Of a DNA stretch of 64,000 bases, positions 12,405 to 26,485 are shown in pieces; position 1 is the stretch's first letter, and each line of letters opens with the position of its first letter. Source of the stretch: Eledone cirrhosa (taxonomy: Eukaryota); the NCBI GenBank assembly GCA_964016885.1, contig OZ024742.1, positions 24,366,001-24,430,000 on the forward strand, read 5' to 3'. The notes under the pieces are model-generated. The model was not told the DNA's origin and made no database searches. It saw nothing but the letters and a program-made list of their open reading frames with translations. The position numbers were made by a program, and so were the translations under genes.

Positions 12405-12504
12405 GGGATGCAGCATGGAAATGGTTAAAATGTTTGTTTTGCAATCATTAGCTCCAATGTTCGATCCCATTGATTTGTATCTTTGGCAAATGTAATTCTC
12501 ATTA

Positions 12505-12820
12505 CACCCGCGCTCTCTCTCTCTCTCTCTTTTGCTTGTTCACATTCTCTCTCTCTCTCTCCCATGCTCCCTTACTCCCTCTCTATCTCCCTCTCTCTCT
12601 CTCTCCCTCTATCTCCCTCTCTCTCTCCCTCTATCTCCGTCTTTCTCCCTCTCTCTCACTCTCTCTCACTCACTCTCTCTCACTCACTCACTCTCACTCT
12701 CTCTCTCTCCTATGCTCCCCCTCTCTCCCACTCACTCACTCACTCACTCTCACTCTCTCTTGTTCTCATTCTCCCTCACTCTCACTCTCTCTCTCTCTCT
12801 CTCTCTTGCTCTCTCTCTCC
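12505..12820. repeat. (CT)n/(CTCA)n low-complexity tract
   Basis: Seen directly; similar tracts at 5600-5860 and 20660-21185. Confidence 0.9.
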
Positions 12821-13200
12821 ACATATATTCTTCTATCATTACTCTCTTATCTATTTCACTTTGCCTTTCCTCCTTACGGGGTCGATAAAATAATGTACCA
12901 GTAATGCACTGGGTAATTGCTGCCCTTCTGCCAAAACGTAGAAACAATCGATGGAAGTTTGCTTTGACTGTACAGACTGTACAAGAAAATTCTTTACTAG
13001 GAATACTGTTAACAATACAATGGACCCAGTAGACCTGTAACGTTATAGAAACCATGCCAAAATTGAAACATATGAACAATACATGGTCCTCTAACTCAGC
13101 AAGTATTGCAGTAATTCTGAATAAGAAATCACTTTAATTATATAGTGTGACCAAATCATGACCCCATGGAAAGCAGATTTAAAACGTTGATCATATATGA

Positions 13201-13236
<36 letters not shown>

Positions 13237-13330
13237 ACAGATTTGTTTGTTTAGATGTATGTTTTTATAGCTAGTTCATATTTCTTCCATATGTGGGTAC
13301 ATGTGAGCATATATGTATGTATGTGGATAT

Positions 13331-13375
<45 letters not shown>

Positions 13376-13747
13376 AGTTTAAATAAATGTTTATCTAGTT
13401 ATTTCATATTTCTCCCACCCTTCGTGGGTACACATGAGCATATGTATATATATATATATATATAAATATATATATATGTATGAATGAAGTAATTCCGTCG
13501 GAAAACTCCAGGAAAAAAGAGTGCTCTATGTAGGTTACAGAGCTTAATAGTTATGTAATAAACAACATAAGGCAATTATTTCATTTACCAGTGGTTTCTT
13601 GAAAGCAAACAAATATAACTATTTGTGTGTGTGCGTATGTAGGTGTGTGTACATATATCTATATTTGTGCATGCGTATGTATGCATGTATAGATGTGTAT
13701 GTATGTGTGTGTATGTACGTGTGTATATATGTATGATTGTGTGTATG

Positions 13748-13779
<32 letters not shown>

Positions 13780-13784
<5 letters not shown>

Positions 13785-14400
13785 AAGGCGGGTAAAATTC
13801 CCGAGATCCATGGACGAGTTCTCTCCAGCGGTCTCTGTCCCTCATTATCGCTGCCATGTCCTGCATCTCCAACAGACCAGTGTCTGTCCTTAGGGCATCA
13901 ACATACGTTAACCTTGGTCTTCCTCTTCTAGTGTGTCCATGTAGGGGCTCCCAAAGGAGCACTGAGTGCAATGTCAACTCTGGATGTCAGTGAGCATGTC
14001 CAGCCAACCTCAGTCTCCTCTGTGTCACTTTTGAGCTGACTTTTGGGATGCTCCCATACAGCTCTGAGTTTTTCATCCTCAGTGTATACTGATTAATGTT
14101 CAGAGCCATCCTCAGCATTCTCTGGCTTTACTGTAGCACCGGCTCAGAGCAGGAGAGTTAGGGTGAAAAAGGTATCGGATGCTGAATTTGCCGACGACAT
14201 AGTTTTGGTGACAAATACAGTGAAGGTGGCAGAGGATTTGATGCGGGAGGTTGAGACTGTGTCGATGAGTGTGGGGCTGAGAATGAATGAGACTAAAACA
14301 AAATATCTGGTAGAGAATGTTGAGAAGCCAGAGGGGATAACTAATGTAGGAGGGAAGCCGCTGGAATTGGTTGAGGACTTCCTGTATTTGGGAGCAAGGA
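13780..14400 (-). mobile_element. RTE LINE (second family) with 5' inversion
   Basis: 13783-14122 (-) is the 3' end, near-identical to 2385-2686. The adjoining ~14125-14400 (+) encodes RT motifs EFADDIVL, GLRMNETKTK, VEDFLYLG. Confidence 0.8.
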
Positions 14401-14623
14401 TATATATATATATTAATATATGCATGTGTGTGTGTGTGTGCGTGTTTGTGTATTTGTGTGTATGTGTATGTATGGATATGTTGATATATATGTGTGTATG
14501 TGTGTGTATGTAATTGTGTGCATGTATGTTTATTTTTCCTTTCCTTCTTCCTTTTCCAGCCTCACTTTCATATAGATTATATTTTTGTTTTTAAAATCCA
14601 ATGTCAATAAATACACCAGGATT

Positions 14624-14685
14624 TTTTCATTCTGATGATTGAAAGCAAAATTTGTTTGCTTTCAAGAAACCACTGGTAAAAATAA
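14624..14685 (+). ncRNA. Type-I hammerhead ribozyme motif with long stem II
   Basis: tttcatt CTGATGA ttgaaagcaaa atttg tttgctttcaa GAA ACCACTGGT A...: 11-bp stem II and quasi-palindromic stem III. The 3' strand of stem I (aatgaaa) is intact in the inverted partial copy at about 13578-13614. Confidence 0.78.
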
Positions 14686-14734
14686 TTGCCTTATGTTGTT
14701 TATTACATAACTATATATATATATATATATATAA

Positions 14735-15010
14735 GTGGAGGCACATGGCATTGGGCTTGCAATCGAAAGGTTGTGAGTTCAATTCTCAGACCGGGTGATG
14801 TGTTGTTTCCTTGAACAAGACACTTTATTTCACATTGCTCCAGTTTACTCAGCTGTAGAAATGAGATGATAGGGACTGGCAAAAAAGCACCCAGCACTCA
14901 CTGTAAATGAGGTTGGTGTTAGGCAGGGCATCCAGCTGTAGAAATCAAGCCAGAATCAGTTCCCGTCCCACCCTTGCAAGCAGGGCAAAGCGGACGTAAA
15001 ATGATGATGA

Positions 15011-15012
<2 letters not shown>
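14735..15012 (+). mobile_element. tRNA-derived SINE (group 2) with CORE-like centre and RTE-derived tail
   Basis: B-box gagttcaattc; ccttgaacaagacactttatttcacattgctccagtttactcagctgtagaaatgag resembles the MIR CORE domain; tail shared with the RTE 3'UTR, ending in (GAT)n. Confidence 0.8.
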
Positions 15013-15066
<54 letters not shown>

Positions 15067-15155
15067 GTGTGTAAGCATATCGAGATATCAAGCCTGATTA
15101 TACATATAACAATACCTAAAATGTGTATGCATATATAATACATATGTATTTATTC

Positions 15156-15228
<73 letters not shown>

Positions 15229-16218
15229 ACACACACACACATATACACACATATATATACACACACACAAAATATATATATAAACACAAAATATATATGT
15301 ACACAAAATATACATATATACACACAAAAAAAATATATATACACAACATATATATATATGTATGTATATATGTGTGTGTGTGTGTGTATATATATGCATG
15401 TATGTGTGTATGTGTATTCTTCATAATACAAGCATGTTTGGGTGTAAACATTTTATGCTATGAAAATCAGTCATAAAATATATCATCACACACAGATTCA
15501 TATATTTATATATACATTCATAAACAACTTACACACCCCACACACTACACGCATCTGTATGTATTTCTGTATGAGCTGATATGAATTTAATATAGATTAT
15601 TTCCTTTCTTTCCCATATTTTTTTATCTCTCCAAAACTCATCTTTCTTCTTTGATATTATCCATAATATAAAAAGATATTCAACTCTCTCTCTTTCTTTC
15701 TGTTTTTTTTCTTTCCCCATTATTTTAAATTGAATATAGCCCCACTGCTTTGTTAATAAGAGTTCAGCTAATTTTATTCTCATTCATGTTTCTGAAGGAA
15801 TCATTTCACTGCTCTCAGAATGATTGCATTTTTATTGGCCATTTCATTAGACATTGGAAGCTGGCTGCAATATTAGAAGAATGTGTAGTAATGAGTAAAA
15901 AATCTTTACAGCCACAGTTCTCATCTCTTGCTGCAAGAATCTAACAAAAAGTTCTTTCAACCATTAAGTATTCGGCTATAATGAAAATCCACTTTCAGGT
16001 GGGCCTCACAGAATTTTTCTCTGTTTATTTTTCTCTGTTGTTGGCTGTTTCTTTCTTTCATTTCTTCTTCTTTCACAGAATATTATTGTTATGAAACAAG
16101 TGGTGGTGTTCAATTAAAATCTGAGAAGAAAAATCTAATCTATGTAAAGTGTTCGAAAGCTATATCTCACTTGGACAAACACATATATATATATTTAGAT
16201 ATTCACACACACATTTTG

Positions 16219-16321
<103 letters not shown>

Positions 16322-16589
16322 TATATATATATATTATATATTTTAAGAGAAATAAAATCAACAATAGCCTGAAGCAGAATATTTTGGAGAATTGTTTTGC
16401 ATTGTGTCCATCATGTGTTGTGTGTGTATATATATTTATATATATATATACATGCACACACATATGAACATAAAATAATTTCACATGCTCAATATAGTGA
16501 GAGGAAAATTTCCAGTCATTTAAGAATATCCTAACTATGTGGAGGCAAAAACTCCCTTCAAATGGTATTCAAATTTAAAAGTAGGAAAC

Positions 16590-17338
16590 AAGAGAGATAT
16601 AAGACCTAAAATATTGTACACTGGGTGTATTTTGTCATGGTACCGGCATTGGAGACTGTTATTTCCATCATGGCTGAAGAGCCTCTCTACTTTGTTGTTA
16701 CTTGTTGAATGTCTACCATAGAAGAAAGGTACTGTAGAAATAATTGATAGTTCCTATTACTTAGGAAACCTAATCAGCAGTGGAGGATGTTTCTGTGGAA
16801 GAATTGTAGGTAGATTAAGAACAGGCCAGAAAAAGTTTAAGGAGAAACTACCTTTGTTGACAACAAACTGACTTTCTTTTTGAATGAAGGGCAGATTGTA
16901 TGATGCTTGCATCAGAAATGTAATTATTTCAGGCAGTATATGCAGAAGATATACATTGACTGGAGAGAAACAACACAAACATATTCCATTGCAAATGTAA
17001 TGCTAGTGTGCATAAATGACAGGGTCTGGATAAATTAAGAGAAAACTTTGTATAAAAGAAATCAGATGTGGTGTGTAAAAGAGGTTTCACAAATACAGGC
17101 ATGTGATGCATATGGGTGATGAAGGTTGTGTGAAAAAAATACCTGGACATTCCAGTGGAGGGAAGCTGCATTAGAGGAAGACTGAGAAAAACATGGGCAG
17201 AGGTGGATAGAGCTGATCTCAACACACTGAAGGTCATAGAGAGGATGACAAAGGAACACTTAGTGGAGATAGGCTGTGCTTGACAGGACCTGTCCAACAC
17301 ATGTAAGCAAGAAAATGAAGATGTAAAATGATGGTGAT
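16590..17338 (+). mobile_element. Decayed RTE LINE 3' fragment
   Basis: Homologous to 30-640 (IDSSYYLGNLISSGGCF..., KGRLYDACIR, RGRLRKTWAEVDRADL), with stops and frameshifts. Confidence 0.8.
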
Positions 17339-17544
17339 AGTCGTATGTATGTTTGTCTGGTTTTGAGCCAGTTTCTAATGTAGAAACAAGATAATTTCAT
17401 TGAAGTTTAGACAACATCAATTAGATAAATACGTGTGTCTGTGTGTGTGTTTGCATGTGTGGATCTGTATGTTTTGAGTTATATAGACATACCAATGCAT
17501 AGGTTTTTGTGTCTACATATGTGTATATGCAGTTATATACTGAA

Positions 17545-18100
17545 ATTCTGAAAAACATTTACATATTTTTACAGTTCATTAATTGACTGTACTTGCAACT
17601 TCCTAACAAGTTTTGACCATTCTGTTTCTGTAAAGCCTAGCTTCTCAAGATTTGTACTGAGTCAATTATTAACATATCTCAGAGCCCCATTGATTACAGG
17701 CACAAATCAAAAGTTATAATTAGGTTGGAGAATTTGTAGATTCCTCAATTGTTGAGCATAAATGTTCTCCTTTTCACTAATCTTTAGCATTATATTGATC
17801 TCTACTGGCCAGCCGATTTCCACTATTGTACATGCCATTTTTATCTGTTCCATATCACTATATCAGGTTGGTTATACTTGCATTTTATTGGGGTTTTGAC
17901 TGGAACATTCCACCAGTCCTCTTTCATATCATGTATGCATATGTCCTCCACATCTCTCTAACTTTTGATAATTTTATTCTCAGGACTATGCTTTCTAAGG
18001 ATTCCATTGTATTGTATAATGTTTTGGCCATTACATTATGCCTCATAGACAGATAGTATTGTGACAACTGCATTTGACAGCTCTGTATGATGTGATAACC
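17545..18100 (-). mobile_element. Decayed RLE-type non-LTR retrotransposon C-terminus (R4/Dong-like)
   Basis: Manual translation of the minus strand gives YLSMRHNVMAK...WWNVPVKTPIKCKYNQPDIVIWN...EIGWPVEINIMLKISEKENIY...LRNLQILQP...VPVINGALRYV...LEKLGF...KLVRKLQVQS. The RH(N/D), PD and K..Y motifs of the restriction-like endonuclease are present, with stops and frameshifts. Confidence 0.78.
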
Positions 18101-18909
18101 AAAAACTCAACCCAGGGAAATTGAATAGCAACACTGCAACAAATTCAAGGAAGAAAAACTGTATGCTTATCAGCCAAAAAAAACTTCATAGCTATGTTGC
18201 CAGAAAGCTTTAAAGTGAGAGTAATATAAAAAAGCAAAGCAGTTTATCTTGGACCAATAACCAGTGAATTGCTTTTTATTTTGAAGGATATGCTAGTGAT
18301 GAATGGGCATAGTATCAAATATATTTTATAATATTGACATCATTTATTACATTGGAGAATTTCCTGGGATCCTGAGAGCAAGGCTGATTTCCTTCAAGGA
18401 TAAACAATAGGGCTCTATGAGAAACCCTTGTTTCCCATATCAGCATTGAAATATTGATGTAAAATGATGAAGGTAATGTGTATATGTGTAGAAACTATGC
18501 CAAGAAAGTACCAAGATGACTCCTCAGTTATGTGAAACACATGAAAACATCTCTAGCAATAATGATCTACACTGTCAATGCACCCAGTACAGTCATCCAG
18601 CTATAGAAAACTTGCTGAATAAAAGGGTAGAGAGACTTCTTCACATGCCAAGACATGTCAACCTATTTAAGGTTGGTAACATGATAAAATGCACATATTG
18701 CAGTCTGTGTTTAAGGGAAAGGCACACTGATTAAGTACTGAAATGTTGACAGCAAACTATCCAGCCCTGCGAGCAGGGAAAATGAATGTTAAATGATTAT
18801 GATGATATATGTGTATATATTTAAATATATATACATGTGAGTGTATTTATATGTAAATAAATATATATATGGTGTATGTGTATGTATGTAAATAAATAAA
18901 TATATATAT

Positions 18910-19130
18910 CATCATCATCATCATCATCGTTTAACGTCCATCTTCCACGCTTGCATGGGTTTGGACGGGAGTTTTCCCACTTGAGGCAAGATTGGTTGTC
19001 TTGCTCGTATAGGATTGTCTGGCGGGTTTTCTACGGCTGGATGCCCTTCCTAACACCAACCACGTTTACAGTGTGGACTGGGAGGTTTTTACCGTCTTAC
19101 CTACACGGCCACATTAAAGCGTCGACTGTG
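18910..19130 (-). mobile_element. RTE LINE 3'UTR fragment
   Basis: Reverse complement of about 805-1030, including the (ATC)n tail. Confidence 0.85.
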
Positions 19131-19235
19131 TGTTTATATATATATATTAACCCACTCGATATGCAAATTTGGGCTACTCAGCCGTTAATATGCATAAGGT
19201 AAGTATATATGTTCACAATCTGGCAGGAAGGTATA

Positions 19236-19276
19236 CGTTGCTGACGATGGCTAATAAGCTTGAAACTAGTACAGCG
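19236..19276 (+). ncRNA. Minimal type-I hammerhead ribozyme motif (inside a ~250-bp element, 19145-19395, between TA tracts)
   Basis: cgttg CTGACGA t ggct aata agct t GAA ACTAGT A cagcg: 5-bp stem I, palindromic stem III ACTAGT, GUA triplet, slightly imperfect stem II. Confidence 0.78.
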
Positions 19277-19905
19277 TTCCATTGTCAGTGTTGAACAAAC
19301 GAGCAACGATGGTTGCTGGACACTTCGGCTTAATACGGGATGTTTGTTTACAAACACACCGAGCATTATAATAAATGTTCGGTGAATCCATACGTACATA
19401 TATATATGTGTGCATGTATGTATATATATATACATACTACTGTACGTCTGTATACATATAAGTATGTACGTGTACATACTTATATTTAAGTAACAGCCGT
19501 ACTAAGAGTGGGAAATGAGATTTTGTTTCATTTTTTCCGTATATATATATATATATATATAGATATATATATATAGTGGAAATAAGCAAGACATTTTACA
19601 TACATTTTCTCGTGTGTGTGTGTGTGAGAGAGAAAGTGTCTGTGTGTGCAGTGTATACACTTTAGTAGGCATATATAGAATGTAGTAAGAAATTTTGTTA
19701 GCCTATAAAAAACGTGTAAAATACATAGTCATGTGCATTGTAAAAGCACGTCTTTCATGTACATTTTATTTTGTTCATCACATGCAGTGCATGTATGTGT
19801 GTGTGTGTAGAGAGAGAGAGACATGTATACATGTTTGGAATGAAGCCAAATCTTTAGATTTTGCTTAGTGTAAAAAGAAAATTATGCAATACACATATGT
19901 ATGTC

Positions 19906-19965
<60 letters not shown>

Positions 19966-20247
19966 ATGTATGTTTACATATGTATGTTTATATATGTATG
20001 TATTTATGTATATGTATGTATATATACATATATATATATAAATACACATACATATATAAACATACATTATATATATGTATGTATATATATATGTATATAT
20101 GTATATATATGCATATCATCATCATCATCATCATTGGAAGATAACACGTTAAACGATGATGAAGATGATATGTACATATATGTATATGCATGTATATATA
20201 TATATGCATATATAAATATATATATGCATATATAAATATATATATGC

Positions 20248-20360
<113 letters not shown>

Positions 20361-21141
20361 CATGAAACTATGAATATATGGTTTTAATCATGGCTAATTG
20401 TGTATATGTGTTTGGGTGTAGTGACTTGTGTGTATAAATATATATATATATATATATAGTGTGTGTGTGTATATGTTGAAGTCCATCGTTCCATGTACAG
20501 TTTGACTATAGGAAGTGTGTTCTTATCTGCTTCAATGAGAATTATTCCTCTTATTCCTCTTATTCAACGAGAGGAATCGATTTGCCAATGTGAGCACTTC
20601 CTAGCTGACATTGCATGACTCAGCAATGTGACAAGAACTCATTGAATTTCCCCACCCACTGTATCTCTCTTTCTCCCAGTCTCTCTCTCTCTCTTTCTCC
20701 ATGTCTCTCTCTCTCTCCTCTATCTCCCTCTCTCTCCCAGTCTCTCTCCCTCCCAGTATCTTTCTCCCAATCTATCTCTTTCCAGTCTGTCTCCCCCTGT
20801 CTCTCTCTCTCCCAGTCTCTTTCTCTCCCAGTCTCTCTTGCTCAGCCTCTCTCTCACAATCTCTCTCTCTCCCAGTCTCTTTCTCCCAATCTATCTATCT
20901 CTCTCCCAGTCTATTTCTCTCCTAGTCTCTCTCTCTCAGTCTCTCTCTCTCCCAGTCTCTTTCTGCCAAGCTATCTATCTCTCTCCCAGACTATTTCTCT
21001 CCCAGTCTCTCTCTCTCAGTCTCTCTCTCTCCCAATCTCTTTCTCCCAATCTATCTCTCTCTCTCCCAGTCTCTTTCTCTCCCAGTCCCTTTCTCCCAAT
21101 CTCTCTCTTTCCCAGTCTCTTCTCACAATCTGTCTCTTTCC

Positions 21142-21185
<44 letters not shown>

Positions 21186-21465
21186 TTATTTTATCGCACA
21201 ACTTTATGGCTTCTTCTCTCAATTAGATTTCCTAGGAAATATCTTTCTATGGCTTAACTCTCAGCTTTTATCCCTCTCTTGTTTTATATAAAAACATACA
21301 CACACACACACACACATACATATACACACACACACATACACACTCACTCACACACATACACACACACATATATATATACACATACACACACACATATATA
21401 TATACACACACACACACACACATATATATACACGCACACACACATACACACACATATATATATAT

Positions 21466-21514
<49 letters not shown>

Positions 21515-21716
21515 TATATGTATATATATATGTGCGTATGTGTATGTACATATGTTTATATGCATTTATGTATATATTTAGTTATAATATATATATATAT
21601 ACATAACACTATATATATACAGTATATATCTATTTATATAATTTCTCTCTCATTTATGTACATCCCAGGTAAGAAGTGGAATTATAGGAAAATGATCAAC
21701 ACTTTGGAGGTGTGCC

Positions 21717-22888
21717 ACACCGCCACCACCACCACCACCACCACCAATGTCACCATAACAACCATTGCCACCACCAACACTACCACTATTGCCACAATAA
21801 TCAATGTCACCATCACCATCACCACTACCACCATTGTCGACATCATCATCACCATCATCTTCAATGTCACTGTCATTGCCATCACCACCAACACCATCAG
21901 TGCCATCATAACGACCACCACCACCACCACCACCACCACCACCACAACCCACACCAATACCACCACCACCACCACAACCCACAGCAATACCACCACCACC
22001 ACCACCATCATCTATACCACCAATACCACCACCAATACCAATACCACCACTGCCACCACCACAACCACTGCCACCACCAACACCACAAACATCAATACCA
22101 CCAACACCAATACTACTACCACCACCACCATCACCACCAATACAACCACCACCACCAATACCACGACTACCAACATTACTACCACCAATACCACCACCAC
22201 CACCACCACTACCACCAACATCAATACCACCACTACCAACATCACTATCACCAATACTACCAACATCAATACCACCACCAATACCACCACCACCACCATC
22301 ACCAATACTACCACCACCATCACCAATACCCACCACCACCACCATCAACACCAACACCACTACCACCACCACCAATACCACCACCACCACCAATACTACC
22401 ACCACCACCACCAATACCACCACCACCACCAATACTACCACCACCAATACCACCACCACCACCATCACCAATACTACCACCACCATCACCAATACCACCA
22501 CCACCACCATCACCAATACCACCACCACCACCATCAACACCAACACCACCACCACCAATACCACTACCACCACCAACATCAATACCACCAACACCAATAC
22601 CACCACCATCACCAATACTACCACCACCACCACCACCACCATCACCAATACTACCACCACCACCACCAATACTACCACCACCACCACCATCACCAATACT
22701 ACCACCACCATCACCAATACCACCACCACCACCATCAACACCAACACCACCAACACCACTACCACCAATACCACCACCACCACCAATACCACCATCACCA
22801 ATACTACCACCACCATCACCAATACCACCACCACCACCATCAACACCACCAACACCAACACCACCAATACCACCAGCATCACCACCAA
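21717..22888. repeat. (CAC)n-based compound microsatellite with CACCAATA variants
   Basis: About 1.2 kb of ACC/CAC/AAT triplets; generates spurious poly-T/H/P/V/G ORFs. Confidence 0.92.
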
Positions 22889-23559
22889 GATATACTCTCT
22901 TTTTTCTCATGTTTCCTATTCATATAACGTCTCTCCTTTTATTTTGTCCCATAGTGAATGTAGGCCCCTCATCATGGATGTCACATGTGACACTTTCTCT
23001 AGCAGCAACCTGGTCATTTCAGCTCCTAGCCCAGGCTTTGCTGGCCAACAGGCTGAAGAGGGCAAATTATGAATGTATTGGTCCTTCTCTGATAGGTTTG
23101 TGGTTTAGCCTGGAGCAGTGGAGACTTCTGGTGTTCTTGGCTACTTGGACCACATCGCAGTTCACTGGTGTGGAATTGGCTACTTGCAAGAGTGATCTTT
23201 GTGAGGTGAAGTGGCTGTTTCTGTGTCTTTCACTCTCTGTGTTCCAGGGAAATATTTCCTGCATCATGTCAGCTTGGACGATTGTTCTTTTATTGTAAAT
23301 GTTTCAAAGTGTAAAATTAGACCAAGAAATATTTCATGTTCTAACAATTTACAACTCCAACGAAATGATTTACATAGCTCTACTTTTGGTGTTGAGTACT
23401 ATATTTTCTTCCTCTTTTTCAAACTGATTTTCACTCACATTCACACACACAGACGCTCACACTCATACATGCATGCACTCACACACACACACACAATTAC
23501 ACATATTCAAATGTTTATACGTGTTCCAGCTTACAGGCTAAGCTGGGCATCATCGTATG

Positions 23560-23772
23560 TATGTGACTCGGCTGGTGACTTCGATGTGACTTGACCAGTG
23601 ACCTTGATGTGACTTGGCCAGTGACCTTCATGTGACCTGGCCATTGATCTCCATGTGACTTCGTCGGTGAGCTCGATATGACTCGGCCGGTGAGCTCGAT
23701 ATGTCTTGGCCAGTGACCTTCATGTGACTTGGCCGTTGACCTCCATGTGCAATGGCTTGTGACCTTCATGTC
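23560..23772. repeat. ~23-bp degenerate minisatellite
   Basis: Recurrent tgacttggccagtgaccttcatg-like units, about 9 copies. Confidence 0.8.
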
Positions 23773-25054
23773 ATAACATTTTCTTTCAAAAGATGTGACC
23801 CTATACACAATTGCAGCTTTCTAGGAGAATCTCAAATTGAACCCTACATATGTATATATGTAAATGCAGAGTTGTTAAATCATTGGGTATTGGTTCTCAG
23901 CATCCTGAGTACAAAATCTATCACTGTCCACTCTGCCTTTCATACGCTCACTGTTGATAAAGTACCAGTCTAGTGCAGCTCTCGCTCCTCCCATCTATCA
24001 TATTGCAGATGTCCAGCTAGATGGGTGAATGTGTGACTATGTCTGGTCATGACATCATAGGCACTTAAAACCTTTAGAGAAAGCATGGTGAATATTACTG
24101 AATCATAATCAATTGTGAGTGACAGTTGTATTTTGTGAAGTGTGTATGAGTTACATATTTAATAAGAAAAATGCAAATCTCTCCACACATACATACATAC
24201 ATTTATGTCTGTATCTATGTGTCTGTTTCTGTATGTATGCATGTGTATATGTGTCTGTGTGTGTATGTATGTATATGTGACATGCTGTTATTTTAGAAAT
24301 AGAACCCTTTCCTTAATTTTGACCCTGTTTCCATGAAGGTTAAGTTGCATTGCTGTAAGGTTTCTCCTGTATTCAATAACTATATAGCAGTAGTATAGTT
24401 AATTATAGCTACTGTCCATATCTGGCCTGGCACAAGTAATATCTTGAAACGCAGTGTGTGCTAGGAATCTATATAACTATTGTGATTTTAATCAGGTCTT
24501 TATTGTTCCACTTCAAACGGGAAGAATAGGGAAGAAGATATGACAACGGGCAAATGATTGGAAGAAATTCTCTTCTATCAATCAGATTTTCATTTATTTC
24601 TTGGTGCTTTACATAAACCTTATTCTAGTGGCCTACCGCATTTAAACTATCTCATAGGCCGGAAGTAACTTTCCAAACTCAATAATGGATTGATAATGAT
24701 CATTTTTCAGTGTGGAAGATTTTCTATAGAAAATTATTCCACGTGTGCTGAATAGATATTTCTTCAGGTTTATTCTCAATATCCTTATCAAATAAACAAA
24801 TAAAAAATGTGTTAATCAAAACCATCTTTTCTTCTGTTGATTGCAAAATCCCGTGGCAGGGCTGTTAGTTTGAAATATAAATTCCGGTTAATAAGAGGGG
24901 ACATTTGTAATGAATTCTATAATTCAAGGGAGAATAATTAGGAAATGGTCTCTTCCTATTTTTAATTCAAGTGCCAGTCTTGGAGGAAATTATGATTTAT
25001 GCATTAAATAAAGCTCAATTTAAAATTAAAACTGTTTCACTCTCTTCTTACAAT

Positions 25055-25530
25055 ATGCCAGTGTGTGTAGTTATGTGTAATGGATGGGATGTTAATGGTA
25101 GTATGTTGGTTATAAGATGCCAGTGTGTGTAATGTGTAGTTATTGCTGGCATATTAACAAGATATGTGTGGTGATTTGTAATTATTCCTGGGATATTAAC
25201 ACTAGCATGCTGGTTACAAGATGTGTGTGGTGATTTGTAGTTATTCCTGGGATATTAACACTAGCATGCTGGTTACAAGATGTGTGTGGTGATTTGTAGT
25301 TATTCCTGGGATATTAACACTAGCATGCTGGTTACAAGATGTGTGTGGTGATTTGTAGTTATTCCTGGGATATTAACACTAGCATGCTGGTTACAAGATG
25401 CCTGTGTGTGTAGTTGTGTAGTTACTGAGATATTAATGCTCGTATGCAGGTTATAAGATAACCTATGTGTGTGGCTATTTGTAGTTATTGCGGGGATGTT
25501 AATACGAGCATACTAGTTACACTGTGGCAC
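25055..25530. repeat. 59-bp minisatellite
   Basis: Unit gatgtgtgtggtgatttgtagttattcctgggatattaacactagcatgctggttacaa; about 4 near-perfect copies at 25160-25400 with degenerate flanking copies. Confidence 0.9.
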
Positions 25531-26404
25531 TGTGTAGCCACAGCAAGAGATATAAAACTAAAACATCACTTCACAGTACTTGTAATTCAAACACCCATTC
25601 TTGTTCCTCACTGTGTTATGCTGATTCTCCTTGAGAATTACATTGAAGGTACACATGACAGTAAAATGCTCAGCTACTTACATGTTAATATTTGAAGGAG
25701 GCTATTCCAGGTATTAAACAACTGTAGCACTCATCTTGAAACTAACTGCAGTCCATTCCATATGGAGGGCTTAGTTGTTTTTTCTTTGTGTATATTTTAG
25801 TTTTACTTTGAAAAAAGGAAAACAAACTAGAAATAAATAACATAGAGAATTAAACTCGTTAGTTCTGTTTCTCTAAATTCTGTCTTGAAATTCTGCTGGG
25901 AGTTGAGCACTGTAATTCTTTGGAATAGAAATACTTATTAATATGTAGAGAATATCTCTGGGGAGTATAAAGTATGTCAAGATTGTTTTAAAACATTACC
26001 ATTTTATTTTTTATGAGAATAAACTGTTTTCTAAAATACAAGCTAAGTATTATTTTAATGACACATTTAAGATATTAGGCTTGTGATGTGACATATATAT
26101 TAATGTTGTTTCAATGCAAAGATATGGTATGTTCCTGTAACTCCTGATGGAGTCATAGGGTGCACTGTATTGATATATGGCATTTCTATGGCATCTTTTC
26201 AAATCTGTTGGAACCCATCTCTCTCCAGTCCAGGTCTGAATACGACAGATTTCTTCCAGAGAGGGATAGAAAGTAAGAAAGGAAGTGAGAAAGAGATATA
26301 GAGGAAGACTTGATCCCTGTACAAAACAGATACTCTTTTATCATTAGTTGCATAAACAATATCAATGTCATGTCTTACATGGAGAGAGAGACACACATGT
26401 GTAT

Positions 26405-26437
<33 letters not shown>

Positions 26438-26485
26438 TAAGAGAGTAAAACAAAGAATCCTTTAATACATCAAAAGATTTTATTA

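Noticed and set aside
21518-23298. Poly-Thr/His/Pro/Gly/Val ORFs (extensin- or mucin-like)
   Set aside because: All frames are open because of the (CAC)n microsatellite; no unique domain or credible gene structure.
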